Notes: a model not told the origin generated them from the sequence alone. A stretch of DNA of 64,000 bases from an uncultured Clostridia bacterium (GCA_944377315.1 CALWEM010000027.1:9934-73933); one strand, 5' to 3'; counted from the stretch's first letter, positions 54,570 to 63,441 are shown. Numbers and translations: made by a program.

Positions 54570-55877
54570 ATGAAAAATCGAATAATACTTGGAAGTATCG
54601 CCGTTTTGCTTATGGCAACAACATTGGCTGGTTGTAACAGCGGAAAAGACGCCACAATGACAAATCTTGCAAACCAACTCGACAAGACGAATAATTCCAT
54701 TCAAAATGTGAAAACTCTCTCTGACACCGATTTGGATGTGACAGAAGAACTTTTGGACAAACTTGCAACGCAAAACCAAAGTGAAAATGTCCAAAAAAAC
54801 ATCAATATTGCAAAAAACACTTTAAATTGTGAGCGTAATTGCAAGAATGAAGTTTTGAGAAAAACCGCAAAAATCAAAAATTATCTCTCAAAAAATGACC
54901 TAAAACTTGCAAAAAATCAAATTTCAGCATTAAAATCGCTTTCAAAAAATTTGTCAAAATATAACAACAGCATTTCATATTCTGAAAAGGAGTTTAACAC
55001 CGCGATAAATCACTACAACAATATGAAAAAATCAATCAACAAAAATCCAGAAAGAGCAAACGCCAAATTGAACAGTATCACCTGCAACTCAAATGCACGC
55101 TGTGCCTACTATGAAAATATTTTGAACACCTTGGACCAAGTGGAAAATGTTTTGAACATCGAAAACTATAATCCATATCAAGACGACAACTATAACTATT
55201 TCCCACTTGAAGAAAAATTAGATGACGGAAATGAAAATCTCATTGAAAGTGATGAAAATATTGGCGAAGAGTATGAAACTGCAGAAAAGCCAAAGAAAAA
55301 ACGCTTCAAGAAAAACATCGACACCTATCTAAATGATGAAGACAAAGAGAAAAAAGAATTTGAAAAAGAATTTGGCGATAAGAATTTTAGGGACTATAAT
55401 CTTGACACATATGCACCAACCAAACGAAATATTGACACCTATCGCCCATATTATCCATATGGAAACAACTACCGAAATGGCTATATGGGAATGTATGGAC
55501 AATACGGACAAACTCCATATATGCCATATGGCACCCCGTATAATGCTCCAATAAACAATGGTTCACCATATGGATATAATGCAAACAATTTTAATCGTGT
55601 GGCACAATTTGTCGATACCGAAGAAGTTGAAAAGGTTAATGAAAAAGATGATGAAAAATTAAACGAAAAGGAAAAAACACAAAATTTTGATGAAAAAATT
55701 TCAAAAAACTTGAAAAAAAGTGAAAAAATCGAGAAAAATGCTCCAAAAAAGGATATGAGAGAAATTGAGAAAGAACCACGACTTGAAGAATTTGAAAACA
55801 AAAATGAGCAAGAAGTAAGCGGTCTTGATGTTGAAATAATTGGCAATGACGAAGAAAAAGTTGTGGCACATAATTAA
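54570..55877 (+). CDS. Lipoprotein with coiled N/K-rich region and a Tyr/Pro/Asn/Gly-rich segment
   Basis: Lipobox LLMATTLAGC. Internal PYYPYGNNYRNGYMGMYGQYGQTPYMPYGTPYNAPINNGSPYGYNANNF. Confidence 0.8.
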   Translation: MKNRIILGSIAVLLMATTLAGCNSGKDATMTNLANQLDKTNNSIQNVKTLSDTDLDVTEELLDKLATQNQSENVQKNINIAKNTLNCERNCKNEVLRKTAKIKNYLSKNDLKLAKNQISALKSLSKNLSKYNNSISYSEKEFNTAINHYNNMKKSINKNPERANAKLNSITCNSNARCAYYENILNTLDQVENVLNIENYNPYQDDNYNYFPLEEKLDDGNENLIESDENIGEEYETAEKPKKKRFKKNIDTYLNDEDKEKKEFEKEFGDKNFRDYNLDTYAPTKRNIDTYRPYYPYGNNYRNGYMGMYGQYGQTPYMPYGTPYNAPINNGSPYGYNANNFNRVAQFVDTEEVEKVNEKDDEKLNEKEKTQNFDEKISKNLKKSEKIEKNAPKKDMREIEKEPRLEEFENKNEQEVSGLDVEIIGNDEEKVVAHN

Positions 55878-55884
55878 AGACAAG

Positions 55885-55921
55885 AAAAAATCAGCGACCA
55901 AACAAATCGCCGATTTTTTTT
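55885..55921. terminator. Bidirectional terminator
   Basis: An A run, then AATCAGCGA...TCGCCGATT (one mismatch), then a T run; lies between the lipoprotein gene and the tRNA operon. Confidence 0.6.
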
Positions 55922-55964
55922 ACGACCTTTTCAAAATCTCAATAAGGTTCGTTTTATTCTTCTT

Positions 55965-56039
55965 TGGTGCACCCAGAAGGACTCGAACCCTCCATAATGG
56001 TTCCGAAGACCATTGTGATATCCACTTCACTATGGGTGC
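55965..56039 (-). tRNA. tRNA-Arg (anticodon UCG), CCA encoded
   Basis: Manual fold of 75 nt: acceptor GCACCCA/TGGGTGC, D arm GTGA..TCAC, anticodon stem ATGGT/ACCAT with loop CTTCGGA, T arm GAGGG-TTCGAGT-CCTTC, 3' ACCA. Confidence 0.92.
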
Positions 56040-56202
56040 ATAAATTATTATTAAGTTGAGAAAAAGTTGTTGCAATCAAGGAACCATTATGGATACTTTC
56101 GGGGACCCCAAAAATATTGATTTTTTTTGGGGAGCGGAGCCGTCAATTGTTTAGCGGAAGATGTTGCAAACATCGGAGCGATTAAATTGACAAGGCGGAG
56201 CC

Positions 56203-56243
56203 GGTTCCGAAGACCATTGTGATATCCACTTCACTATGGGTGC
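56203..56243 (-). pseudogene. tRNA-Arg(UCG) 5'-half copy 2 (positions 1-41 only)
   Basis: Identical to the first 41 nt of the intact tRNA. Identity stops 3 nt into the 3' anticodon-stem strand. Confidence 0.9.
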
Positions 56244-56403
56244 ATAAATTGTTATTAAGTTGAGAAAGAGTTGTTGCAATCAAGGAACCATTATGGACAC
56301 TTTCGGGGACCCCAAAAATATTGATTTTTTGGGAGCGAAGCCGTCAATTGTTTAGCGGAAGATGTTGCAAACATCGAAGCGATTAAATTGACAAGGCGGA
56401 GCC

Positions 56404-56444
56404 GGTTCCGAAGACCATTGTGATATCCACTTCACTATGGGTGC
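56404..56444 (-). pseudogene. tRNA-Arg(UCG) 5'-half copy 3
   Basis: As copy 2. Confidence 0.9.
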
Positions 56445-56604
56445 ATAAATGTTATTAAGTTGAGAAAGAGTTGTTGTAATCAAGGAACCATTATGGAGAC
56501 TTTCGGGGACCCCAAAAATATTGATTTTTTGGGGAGCGGAGCCGTCAATTGTTTAGCGGAAGATGTTACAAACATCGGAGCGATTAAATTGACAAGGCGG
56601 AGCC

Positions 56605-56645
56605 GGTTCCGAAGACCATTGTGATATCCACTTCACTATGGGTGC
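56605..56645 (-). pseudogene. tRNA-Arg(UCG) 5'-half copy 4
   Basis: As copy 2; the sequence upstream of it (toward tRNA-Ser, on the minus strand) diverges after GTTGAGAAAG. Confidence 0.9.
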
Positions 56646-56659
56646 AAAAATGTTATTAA

Positions 56660-56798
56660 GTTGAGAAAGGCATTCGCTCCGCGGTCTGTCCGTCTTTGGT
56701 GGTTGGTCCGCTTTCACGCCGGGGCGGAGAAAACTTGCACACAGGCAACTTTTCTATTTCCGCCCGTTCGAATCCCTAAAAGTTTCGTCTCAACTTAT
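56660..56798 (-). other. Unassigned GC-rich structured segment between tRNA-Ser and the repeat array
   Basis: Closing stem GTTGAGA/TCTCAAC and strong hairpin GGCGGAGAAAACTTGC..GCAACTTTTCTATTTCCGCC. GC content is far above the local background. Confidence 0.4.
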
Positions 56799-56888
56799 TG
56801 GCGCAGAGAAAGGGATTCGAACCCTTGGTGCGATTTCTCGCACACAGCCTTTCCAGGGCTGCACCTTAAACCGCTCGGACATCTCTGC
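56799..56888 (-). tRNA. tRNA-Ser (anticodon GGA), CCA encoded
   Basis: Manual fold of 90 nt: acceptor GCAGAGA/TCTCTGC, anticodon stem CAGCC/GGCTG with loop CTGGAAA, long variable arm, T arm AAGGG-TTCGAAT-CCCTT. Confidence 0.92.
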
Positions 56889-56938
56889 ATTTAGGTTTAA
56901 TACTTAAAAATATTAAGTTGATTTCCTTGACCAAGGTT

Positions 56939-56968
56939 ATTATATCAAACCGAGTGGTTTAAGGTCAA
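56939..56968 (-). promoter_or_regulatory. Sigma-A promoter of the tRNA-Ser / tRNA-Arg locus
   Basis: Minus strand TTGACC-18 nt-TATAAT, about 50 nt upstream of tRNA-Ser. Confidence 0.7.
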
Positions 56969-57194
56969 GGGTTCAATAAAAATATTTCATAATTAAAATC
57001 TTTAAACCACTCAATTATTATAACAAAACCAAATTAAAAAAACAATCAATTATGGCATTTTTTTCATTATTTAGTATCAAAAAATCTCAATTTCTTGCCG
57101 TATTCTTAATCTTAAAAATTATTTTCGCATCTTGCATCATCATAATTCACTCTTTATCATCAATTGCTTGAAGCGAGATTAAAACAATCTCCTA

Positions 57195-58265
57195 TCACCA
57201 CTTCTTATCAATAATCCCGCCACCATAGCAGACACCATTTTTATCATACAAAACAACAAATTGCCCTTCAGTTATTGCTCTTTGTTTTTCTTTGAAATCA
57301 ACTTTTATCTTCTTATCTTCCAAAACAGTCACCTTGACCGCTTGGTCTGGTTGACGATATCGAAATTTAGCAAAGCATTCAAACTCTTTTTCCTTCGGTT
57401 CTTCTGGAATCCAATTAAAATCTGTGGCAAACAAACCATTTGAGAAAAGTTCTGGGCACTCGCCTTGGCTGACATACAACACATTTTTTTCCAAATCTTT
57501 TTTGAGAACAAACCATCTTTCACCATTTCCATCGTGCGTTCCACCAAGATTTAGTCCGCGTCTTTGTCCGATGGTGTAATACATAAGCCCATCGTGATAT
57601 CCAACCACCTTTTCGTCAAGCGTTCGAATTTCACCACGCTTTGCTGGCAAATATTCTTTCAAAAACTTTTTGAAATTACGCTCACCAATGAAGCAAATGC
57701 CTGTCGAATCTTTCTTTTCAGCCGTGGAAAGTCCAAGTTCTTTGGCAATTTCTCTCACTTCCTTTTTGGTTATGTCAGCAAGTGGGAAAATCACCGAAGA
57801 AAGTTGCGACTGTGAAAGTTGATTGAGAAAATACGACTGGTCTTTCGTCAAATCGCTGGCTTTGCAAAGATAAGTTTTTCCATCTTTTTGAAAAGTTTTG
57901 GCATAGTGTCCTGTGGCTATCATATCCGCGCCCAATTGTTTTGCTTTTTCAAGAAAAGGTCCAAATTTGATTTCGCGATTACATAAAACATCTGGGTTTG
58001 GCGTTCTGCCTTTCTTATATTCGTCCAAAAAATATGTGAAAACCCGGTCATAATACTCCTTGGCATAGTTGACGCTAAAATATGGTATGCCAATTTTGTC
58101 ACACACCCTTTTCACATCTTCATAATCTTCCATTGCAGTGCATTGACCGTCATCAGCGTCCCAGTTAATCATAAAAAGCCCGACAACATCATATCCCTGT
58201 TTTTTCAAGAGATATGCCGCCACACTCGAATCAACACCGCCACTTATTCCAACAACAACTCTCAT
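57195..58265 (-). CDS. mnmA: tRNA 2-thiouridine(34) synthase MnmA
   Basis: 356 aa with PP-loop [12 protein letters not shown] and conserved catalytic Cys residues. Confidence 0.96.
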   Translation of the reverse strand: MRVVVGISGGVDSSVAAYLLKKQGYDVVGLFMINWDADDGQCTAMEDYEDVKRVCDKIGIPYFSVNYAKEYYDRVFTYFLDEYKKGRTPNPDVLCNREIKFGPFLEKAKQLGADMIATGHYAKTFQKDGKTYLCKASDLTKDQSYFLNQLSQSQLSSVIFPLADITKKEVREIAKELGLSTAEKKDSTGICFIGERNFKKFLKEYLPAKRGEIRTLDEKVVGYHDGLMYYTIGQRRGLNLGGTHDGNGERWFVLKKDLEKNVLYVSQGECPELFSNGLFATDFNWIPEEPKEKEFECFAKFRYRQPDQAVKVTVLEDKKIKVDFKEKQRAITEGQFVVLYDKNGVCYGGGIIDKKW

Positions 58266-58273
58266 CTTCCCCT

Positions 58274-58756
58274 CTAAACTTTGAAACCGCCAGTTTCGGT
58301 CATTTCGATTGACACTGGCACTTTAAATCTTTTGCAGATGACATACATACAACTCACCATCCACGACAAAACACCGACACCCATTGGAATGTACAAAATT
58401 GTCAGATAGTCAACAAGCAAAGAGTTGAAAATCACACAAAAAATCCCATATGTAAACATCAGCGTCATCAAAACACCTTTGACATATTTTCCAACATAAT
58501 AGTATTGGCCACCCATCAAGCCCAACAAAAGCGTGTATAAAAGTAATTTCAAATAGCTGATATCTTTTGGCAGAGTGCTGACCATAAGGATGTAATCTCT
58601 GTCGCCTTTTTTGAGTTTTTCTTTTGCCGCCTGATTTGTGGCATAGTCAAGACGCGAAAAAATCAAGCCACACTCATCGCACTTTTGTGCTGAAGCCAGC
58701 ATTTTTCTGTCACACCTTGGACAATGTTTAAATAATTTCTGCTTTCTTTCTCTCAC
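58274..58756 (-). CDS. TM2-domain membrane protein with N-terminal zinc ribbon
   Basis: CPRCDRK...CDECG ribbon, then TM2-like helices ([10 protein letters not shown]). Confidence 0.7.
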   Translation of the reverse strand: MRERKQKLFKHCPRCDRKMLASAQKCDECGLIFSRLDYATNQAAKEKLKKGDRDYILMVSTLPKDISYLKLLLYTLLLGLMGGQYYYVGKYVKGVLMTLMFTYGIFCVIFNSLLVDYLTILYIPMGVGVLSWMVSCMYVICKRFKVPVSIEMTETGGFKV

Positions 58757-58804
58757 CTTATTATTTTAAAATAATAATTGCAAAAAGTCAAGAAGAATGA
58801 AAAC

Positions 58805-60238
58805 TTAACCATTCTTATCTTTTAATTTTTCACTTGCCTTGTTGAAATAGACAAATGAAGCCTTGTCATCTTTCACGCCGTGAAGAACAAATTCAAAACG
58901 CTCTTTTGCTTCCTTAAACTTCTTCTCGTCATACAATCGAACACCATCTTCAAATTGATTTTTAAACTTCAAGAGTTTGTCCCTTTTCGACTTTTTGAAA
59001 GCATCAAGCCCTTCAAAAAGTTCAATCTTTTCTTTTTCAACAGTCAATTTGCCGATATATCGATATTTAAAATCATATTTTGGCGGTAAACTTTCAAGCA
59101 CCTTTTTTGAAATCAAAAATTTGGCATCGACAAAAGATGAAAGTTCTTGCATTTTCCCCATAACAGAAAAAACATCATTTTCAATTGATGGAATTTTTCT
59201 TTCTTCATCACCAGAAATTGAAAAGGTGAAGATGTCATTAAAAAGACAAATGTTTGGCTCGAATTTAGATTTTTTGTTTTTCTCTCCCAGTCCTTTAAGT
59301 ATGGCATTTGAGCATTCAATGGCGTTTTTCGAATTTCCAAAACAAGCCAAAACACATTCGCCTGAAAACTTATCAATGAATCCGTCAAAGCGTTTGATGA
59401 GTGGAGCGACAAACTTAAAATATGAATTAATGTAGTTAAAATTTTCTTCAAGAGTCAAAATCTTTTTCGAATCATTTTTCAAGTTACAAAACAAAATTGT
59501 CGCATTTTTTTGAATTTTTTTGCCTAATTCAAGTTCTTTTATATCATTTTTCTCAAAAAATTTTAAAATTTGCTTTGGCATATATTTTTGACTCTCGAAA
59601 TTTGCCACCTTGATTTTATTCTCTTTTTCTTTATATATGTGATTAATTTTGTTCAACGAATGTTCAATATTTTGAAACTGCTTGTTTCCACCAACTTTAA
59701 AGTCGTCCATTTTGACTCGCCCATCGCCCAACTTTGCTGTGACGCGTTCCACTTTCTTCAGTGGCAAGCAACTAAACAAAATCAAAATGAAAAGAAGAAC
59801 AACATACATAAGAATTGCCACAACAATCCACAAAATTGCATTGCTATTAAAAGCGTTGTCAATATTAAGAGCATTTCGCACCGATTGAGAAGTCAAATCT
59901 TCAAGATTATTTATATTGGAAATGTAAACAACAAAAAATCCAAAATTGACAGTTAATGGAAGTATTGAGAAAAAGAGTTGATTTTGAAGAGAAAGACTTT
60001 TCAGAAAAATAATATACAAAATTGTGGAAACAATTGTGAAAGCAACAAAAACACCCAGTGCCACATATGACCAAGTCGAGAAGTTAAACACAAACCCTTG
60101 CGGTGTTGGAACTATGGCATCAAATAAATGCCTAAAAAGAAAAATGTTTGGAATTAACAAAATAATTGTTAAAATTATCAAAATTTTTGTTGATTTTTTC
60201 ATATTTTTAGTTTGAGATAAAAGTTTTTTTATATGCAA
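58805..60238 (-). CDS. Multi-TM protein with a degenerate class III nucleotidyl cyclase-like domain
   Basis: 6 TM helices, then ATILFCNLKN...DKFSGECVLACFG resembling the cyclase homology domain. The true start may be the ATG at 60202. Confidence 0.6.
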   Translation of the reverse strand: MHIKKLLSQTKNMKKSTKILIILTIILLIPNIFLFRHLFDAIVPTPQGFVFNFSTWSYVALGVFVAFTIVSTILYIIFLKSLSLQNQLFFSILPLTVNFGFFVVYISNINNLEDLTSQSVRNALNIDNAFNSNAILWIVVAILMYVVLLFILILFSCLPLKKVERVTAKLGDGRVKMDDFKVGGNKQFQNIEHSLNKINHIYKEKENKIKVANFESQKYMPKQILKFFEKNDIKELELGKKIQKNATILFCNLKNDSKKILTLEENFNYINSYFKFVAPLIKRFDGFIDKFSGECVLACFGNSKNAIECSNAILKGLGEKNKKSKFEPNICLFNDIFTFSISGDEERKIPSIENDVFSVMGKMQELSSFVDAKFLISKKVLESLPPKYDFKYRYIGKLTVEKEKIELFEGLDAFKKSKRDKLLKFKNQFEDGVRLYDEKKFKEAKERFEFVLHGVKDDKASFVYFNKASEKLKDKNG

Positions 60239-60296
60239 AGAAATTTTGCATAATATGTCAAATTATGTCGATAATAAAAATATGGGAGAAAAAGTT

Positions 60297-60749
60297 ATGA
60301 ATGAAAATGAAAAAATTACAAAATATTTGAATGCCATATATCAAAACATAAGAACAGCAATACAGTCGATTGACGAAATCATCAAAAAAGCAAAAAGTGA
60401 AGAACTCATCAGCGAATTAAGCAATGAAGAAGATGCTTACAGTATTCTTGCAAAAGAATGTGAAAGTTTTGCCAAGGCAGAAAAAATCGATGGCATCAAA
60501 GACAACAACATAATTGAAAAAGCACGCCTTTGGACAAGCATCAATATGTCGACACTCATTGACGACTCAACAAGAAAAATTGCGGAACTAATGCTTTTTG
60601 GAACTTTTATGGGAGTTGTCACTTGTGTAAAAGACAAAGATGACCACAAAAATATTTCCAACGAATTGGATGAAATTTTGGATAAACTTTTGGAACTTGA
60701 AAGACAAAATATTCATAAACTTATACCATTTTTGCAAGAAAATCACTAA
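60297..60749 (+). CDS. Hypothetical helical protein
   Basis: Start set to the ATG at 60297 after GGGAGAAAAAG; no recognisable motif. Confidence 0.55.
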   Translation: MNENEKITKYLNAIYQNIRTAIQSIDEIIKKAKSEELISELSNEEDAYSILAKECESFAKAEKIDGIKDNNIIEKARLWTSINMSTLIDDSTRKIAELMLFGTFMGVVTCVKDKDDHKNISNELDEILDKLLELERQNIHKLIPFLQENH

Positions 60750-61651
60750 AAATTTAAGTTTTTTATCAAATTTTCATAATTTTTATTACAATTTTTAAAG
60801 TCAAACAAAATTTTTCCAATCTCTTCATTCAAATCAAATTTCAATGTCAACTCCAAAATCTCTTTGTCAGAAAGCATCTTTGTTTCGCCGTTTAAAATAA
60901 CAATAAACAAACTTGTTTTATTTGCCTGTATTTTTTTAAGAAGATTTTTAAGTTGCGTGGAAGGATGAACAACAAAAATATTCGGCTTTGACAAATCCTT
61001 GAAATCTTTATTGAAAATATTGATTTTGTCATATTTACTTATGAAGTTTAAGTCAAGAACACCCATAATCAAAAAAACGCCGAAGAGCAGATATGTCGGA
61101 TTGAAATTCACAAAGCAAAATATGATAAAAAGCAAAAAACACAAAAAAATAAGCAAAAAATTGATTAAAAATGTGATTTTATATGCAATTTTTGGGTTTG
61201 TCGACCTTGAAGTCAGTGCAATAAAAATTCTGCCACCATCAAGTGGATAGGCTGGAAGTAGATTTGACAAGCCAACAATCAAACTTATTTCAACGAATTG
61301 ATATGTCAAAAAATATGATGCTGGAAACAGCCACCAAACTGCAAACATTATGACGGAAGAAAAAATATTTACAAGTGGACCACTCAAAGCAATCCAAGTT
61401 TCATCTTTTTCATCAATTGATTGTCCATAATATGACAAACCAACGCCATATGGAGAAAGAGAAAATTTTGAAAGTTTATATCCACACCATTTGGCAACAA
61501 AATAGTGTCCTAGCTCATGCAAAAGTGTCACAATAAAATAGTTTAGAGCCACAAAAGAACTTGTGGCAAAAACAAGCCATAAAAATATAATCAAAAAAGC
61601 AGGATTGATTTGCACCTTACTTTTCTTTATTTTCACACCACCAAAATTCAT
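60746..61651 (-). CDS. M50 site-2 protease, SpoIVFB-like
   Basis: HELGHYFVAK and NLLPAYPLDGGRIF motifs; C-terminal CBS-like domain. Confidence 0.85.
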   Translation of the reverse strand: MNFGGVKIKKSKVQINPAFLIIFLWLVFATSSFVALNYFIVTLLHELGHYFVAKWCGYKLSKFSLSPYGVGLSYYGQSIDEKDETWIALSGPLVNIFSSVIMFAVWWLFPASYFLTYQFVEISLIVGLSNLLPAYPLDGGRIFIALTSRSTNPKIAYKITFLINFLLIFLCFLLFIIFCFVNFNPTYLLFGVFLIMGVLDLNFISKYDKINIFNKDFKDLSKPNIFVVHPSTQLKNLLKKIQANKTSLFIVILNGETKMLSDKEILELTLKFDLNEEIGKILFDFKNCNKNYENLIKNLNF

Positions 61652-61874
61652 ACTCTCCTAACTTAAAAACAAATTTGAAAAAATCCCAACAAGAAAAACA
61701 ACAAGGAAAAACAATGGCAAAACAATTCCCAATTTTATGCGATAACCTTTTCTTATATTCTCATAGTTTTCGCCATAAGATTTTTGCTTTTCCATACTTT
61801 AATATATGTTTGTCGATTTGACAAAAGAATAATATATAAAAAAAGAATGACACCTCGCCATTCTTTCTTATTTT

Positions 61875-62540
61875 TTATGACACATTGCCGTCAACCTTAC
61901 TCAATCCATCTTCATCTTTGAGAAAATCCGGCAATTCTTCAGTTTTAAGTTCGAATTCGTTATATAAACTGTCGCTTTGAGGTTCTTCCTTCTCTTCTTC
62001 GTTTATCACTCTTATGCGTTCCAAAAGTTGCTCATAGTCTGGAAGTTGCCCCAAATCTTCAAGATTAAATCTTTTCAAAAAGTTCTCCGTTGTTGCAAAA
62101 AGAAGAGGTTTTCCAACAGCATCTTTTCTTCCAACAACTTCAATCATATTTTGATCCACCAAAATTTGCACGGCATAATCACAATTCACCCTTCTTATAT
62201 CTTCAATTTCAAGTTTGGTGATGGGTTGTTTGTAGGCAATAATCGCCAAGGTTTCAAGAGCGGCGCGCGTCAAAGACTTTTCACGCACTGGATTCAAAAC
62301 TTCACTGATATAGTCTGCATAAAGCGGATTTGAAGTGAGTTGGACTTTGTTTTTATATTTTATGATGTGAATTCCTTTCTCTTCATTGTATTCTTTGCAC
62401 AATTCGTCAATGGCATTTTCAAGTTCTTTTGGCGTGATTTCAAGTTTTTGCAAAATAAAATCTTTGTCAAGCCCATCTCCTGCAACGAAGAGAATTGACA
62501 AAATAATTTCTTTCAGTTCCTTTTTGTTTTCAATTTTCAT
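61875..62540 (-). CDS. scpB: Segregation and condensation protein B
   Basis: Two wHTH repeats (ILFVAGDGL, ALETLAIIAYKQPITKLEIEDIRRV). Start at ATG 62540 after GAGGTG. Confidence 0.92.
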   Translation of the reverse strand: MKIENKKELKEIILSILFVAGDGLDKDFILQKLEITPKELENAIDELCKEYNEEKGIHIIKYKNKVQLTSNPLYADYISEVLNPVREKSLTRAALETLAIIAYKQPITKLEIEDIRRVNCDYAVQILVDQNMIEVVGRKDAVGKPLLFATTENFLKRFNLEDLGQLPDYEQLLERIRVINEEEKEEPQSDSLYNEFELKTEELPDFLKDEDGLSKVDGNVS

Positions 62541-62541
62541 T

Positions 62542-63324
62542 TCACACCTCATTTGCGGTTATCACAATATGCCCAAATATTTCGCTTTGCAAAACTTTCA
62601 CTGTCTGCAATTTAAGAAGTTCCAAAAGCGCCAAAAAGACATTGATAAGTTCACTCTTTGTCATATCGCCTTCAAAAAGCTCTTCAAATTCAAATCGCTT
62701 TCGTTCTTTGGCAAAGTTGCGTATGGCGATTATTTTTTCGGCAACTGTGAAACGGTCTTTAACAATCTTTTTCGGTTCATCATTTTTCACTGCTTTTTTC
62801 AATTCTTCACGCGTTAATAACTTTGCAAAAGCATCGAGAAGTTGATCCAAGACCAAATCCTTGATGACCACCTTGACCTTTTCGGTTTCCTTGCCCGGCT
62901 CACGATAAAGTTTGTTTATATCTTCAATTTGCTTCAAACTCTGTCCAGCTTTTTTGAACAATTCATATTCCTTCAATCGGCGAAGAAGGATTTGTTCGTC
63001 ATCTTCTTCATCAACTTCGGTTGGATCTTGTTCGACAGGCAAAAGTTTTTTGGATTTGATTTCAATCAAGGTCGCCGCCACTGTGATAAATTCACTTGCT
63101 CTGTCCATATCCACATTTTTAAGGTCTTGCATATAATTGAGATATTGCTCTGTGATATCTGCAAGTTTGACGGTGGCAATATCCAATTTTGCTTCTTTAA
63201 TTAGATGAAGTAAAAGGTCGAGCGGGCCTTCAAAATTATCAAGTTTAAAGCGATATGTGTCGGATGACAAAAGCATATCTTCTTGTTTTTCATTCTCATT
63301 TACGCGTGCTTCGACTTCTTCCAT
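62542..63324 (-). CDS. scpA: Segregation and condensation protein A
   Basis: FEGPLDLLLHLI kleisin N-terminus. Start at ATG 63324 after AAAGGGGAAAG. Confidence 0.92.
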   Translation of the reverse strand: MEEVEARVNENEKQEDMLLSSDTYRFKLDNFEGPLDLLLHLIKEAKLDIATVKLADITEQYLNYMQDLKNVDMDRASEFITVAATLIEIKSKKLLPVEQDPTEVDEEDDEQILLRRLKEYELFKKAGQSLKQIEDINKLYREPGKETEKVKVVIKDLVLDQLLDAFAKLLTREELKKAVKNDEPKKIVKDRFTVAEKIIAIRNFAKERKRFEFEELFEGDMTKSELINVFLALLELLKLQTVKVLQSEIFGHIVITANEV

Positions 63325-63441
63325 CGCTTTCCCCTTTATAATCTTCACTTAATTATACAAAAAAATAAAGAAAAAATCAACAAAAAACGCCCTTGAAAGC
63401 AAAAATAAAAATCTGCATTTGCAGATCTCTATTTTTTTCTC

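Larger units (their letters stand above)
55999..56669 (-). repeat. Tandem repeat (periods 204, 201, 201 bp): tRNA-Arg 5' half plus a ~130-nt structured module
   Basis: GGTTCCGAAGACC...GGGTGCA occurs at 55999, 56203, 56404 and 56605. The intervening modules are near-identical with a few substitutions and indels. Confidence 0.95.

Noticed and set aside
56089-56154. Small plus-strand ORF inside module B (MDTFGDPKNIDFFWGAEPSIV, AAGGA 7 nt upstream)
   Set aside because: The frame is kept in units 1 and 2, but unit 3 is frameshifted by the T/G-run length. The support (synonymous-looking D/D/E at codon 2) comes from only three copies, which is too weak to call.
55965-56243. Intron-containing (group I) or split tRNA-Arg
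   Set aside because: The tRNA at 55965-56039 is continuous and folds canonically. The upstream half copies are followed by no matching 3' half in the same orientation, and module B shows no recognisable group I core.
55999-56669. Possible CRISPR array (regularly spaced repeats)
   Set aside because: The period is ~201-204 bp and the 'spacers' are themselves near-identical between units. The repeat is a tRNA fragment, and there are no cas genes.
56661-56894. 77-aa plus-strand ORF in the track
   Set aside because: It lies antisense across tRNA-Ser and the GC-rich structured spacer. There is no RBS, and the open frame is a by-product of GC-rich RNA sequence.
61658-61795. 45-aa minus-strand ORF upstream of the M50 protease (MEKQKSYGENYENIRKGYRIKLGIVLPLFFLVVFLVGIFSNLFLS)
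   Set aside because: It has a plausible single-TM topology and its stop lies 7 nt (61652-61657) upstream of the protease ATG at 61651, adjoining that gene's GGAGAG RBS. But no RBS precedes its own ATG and I recognise no family, so it is left uncalled.
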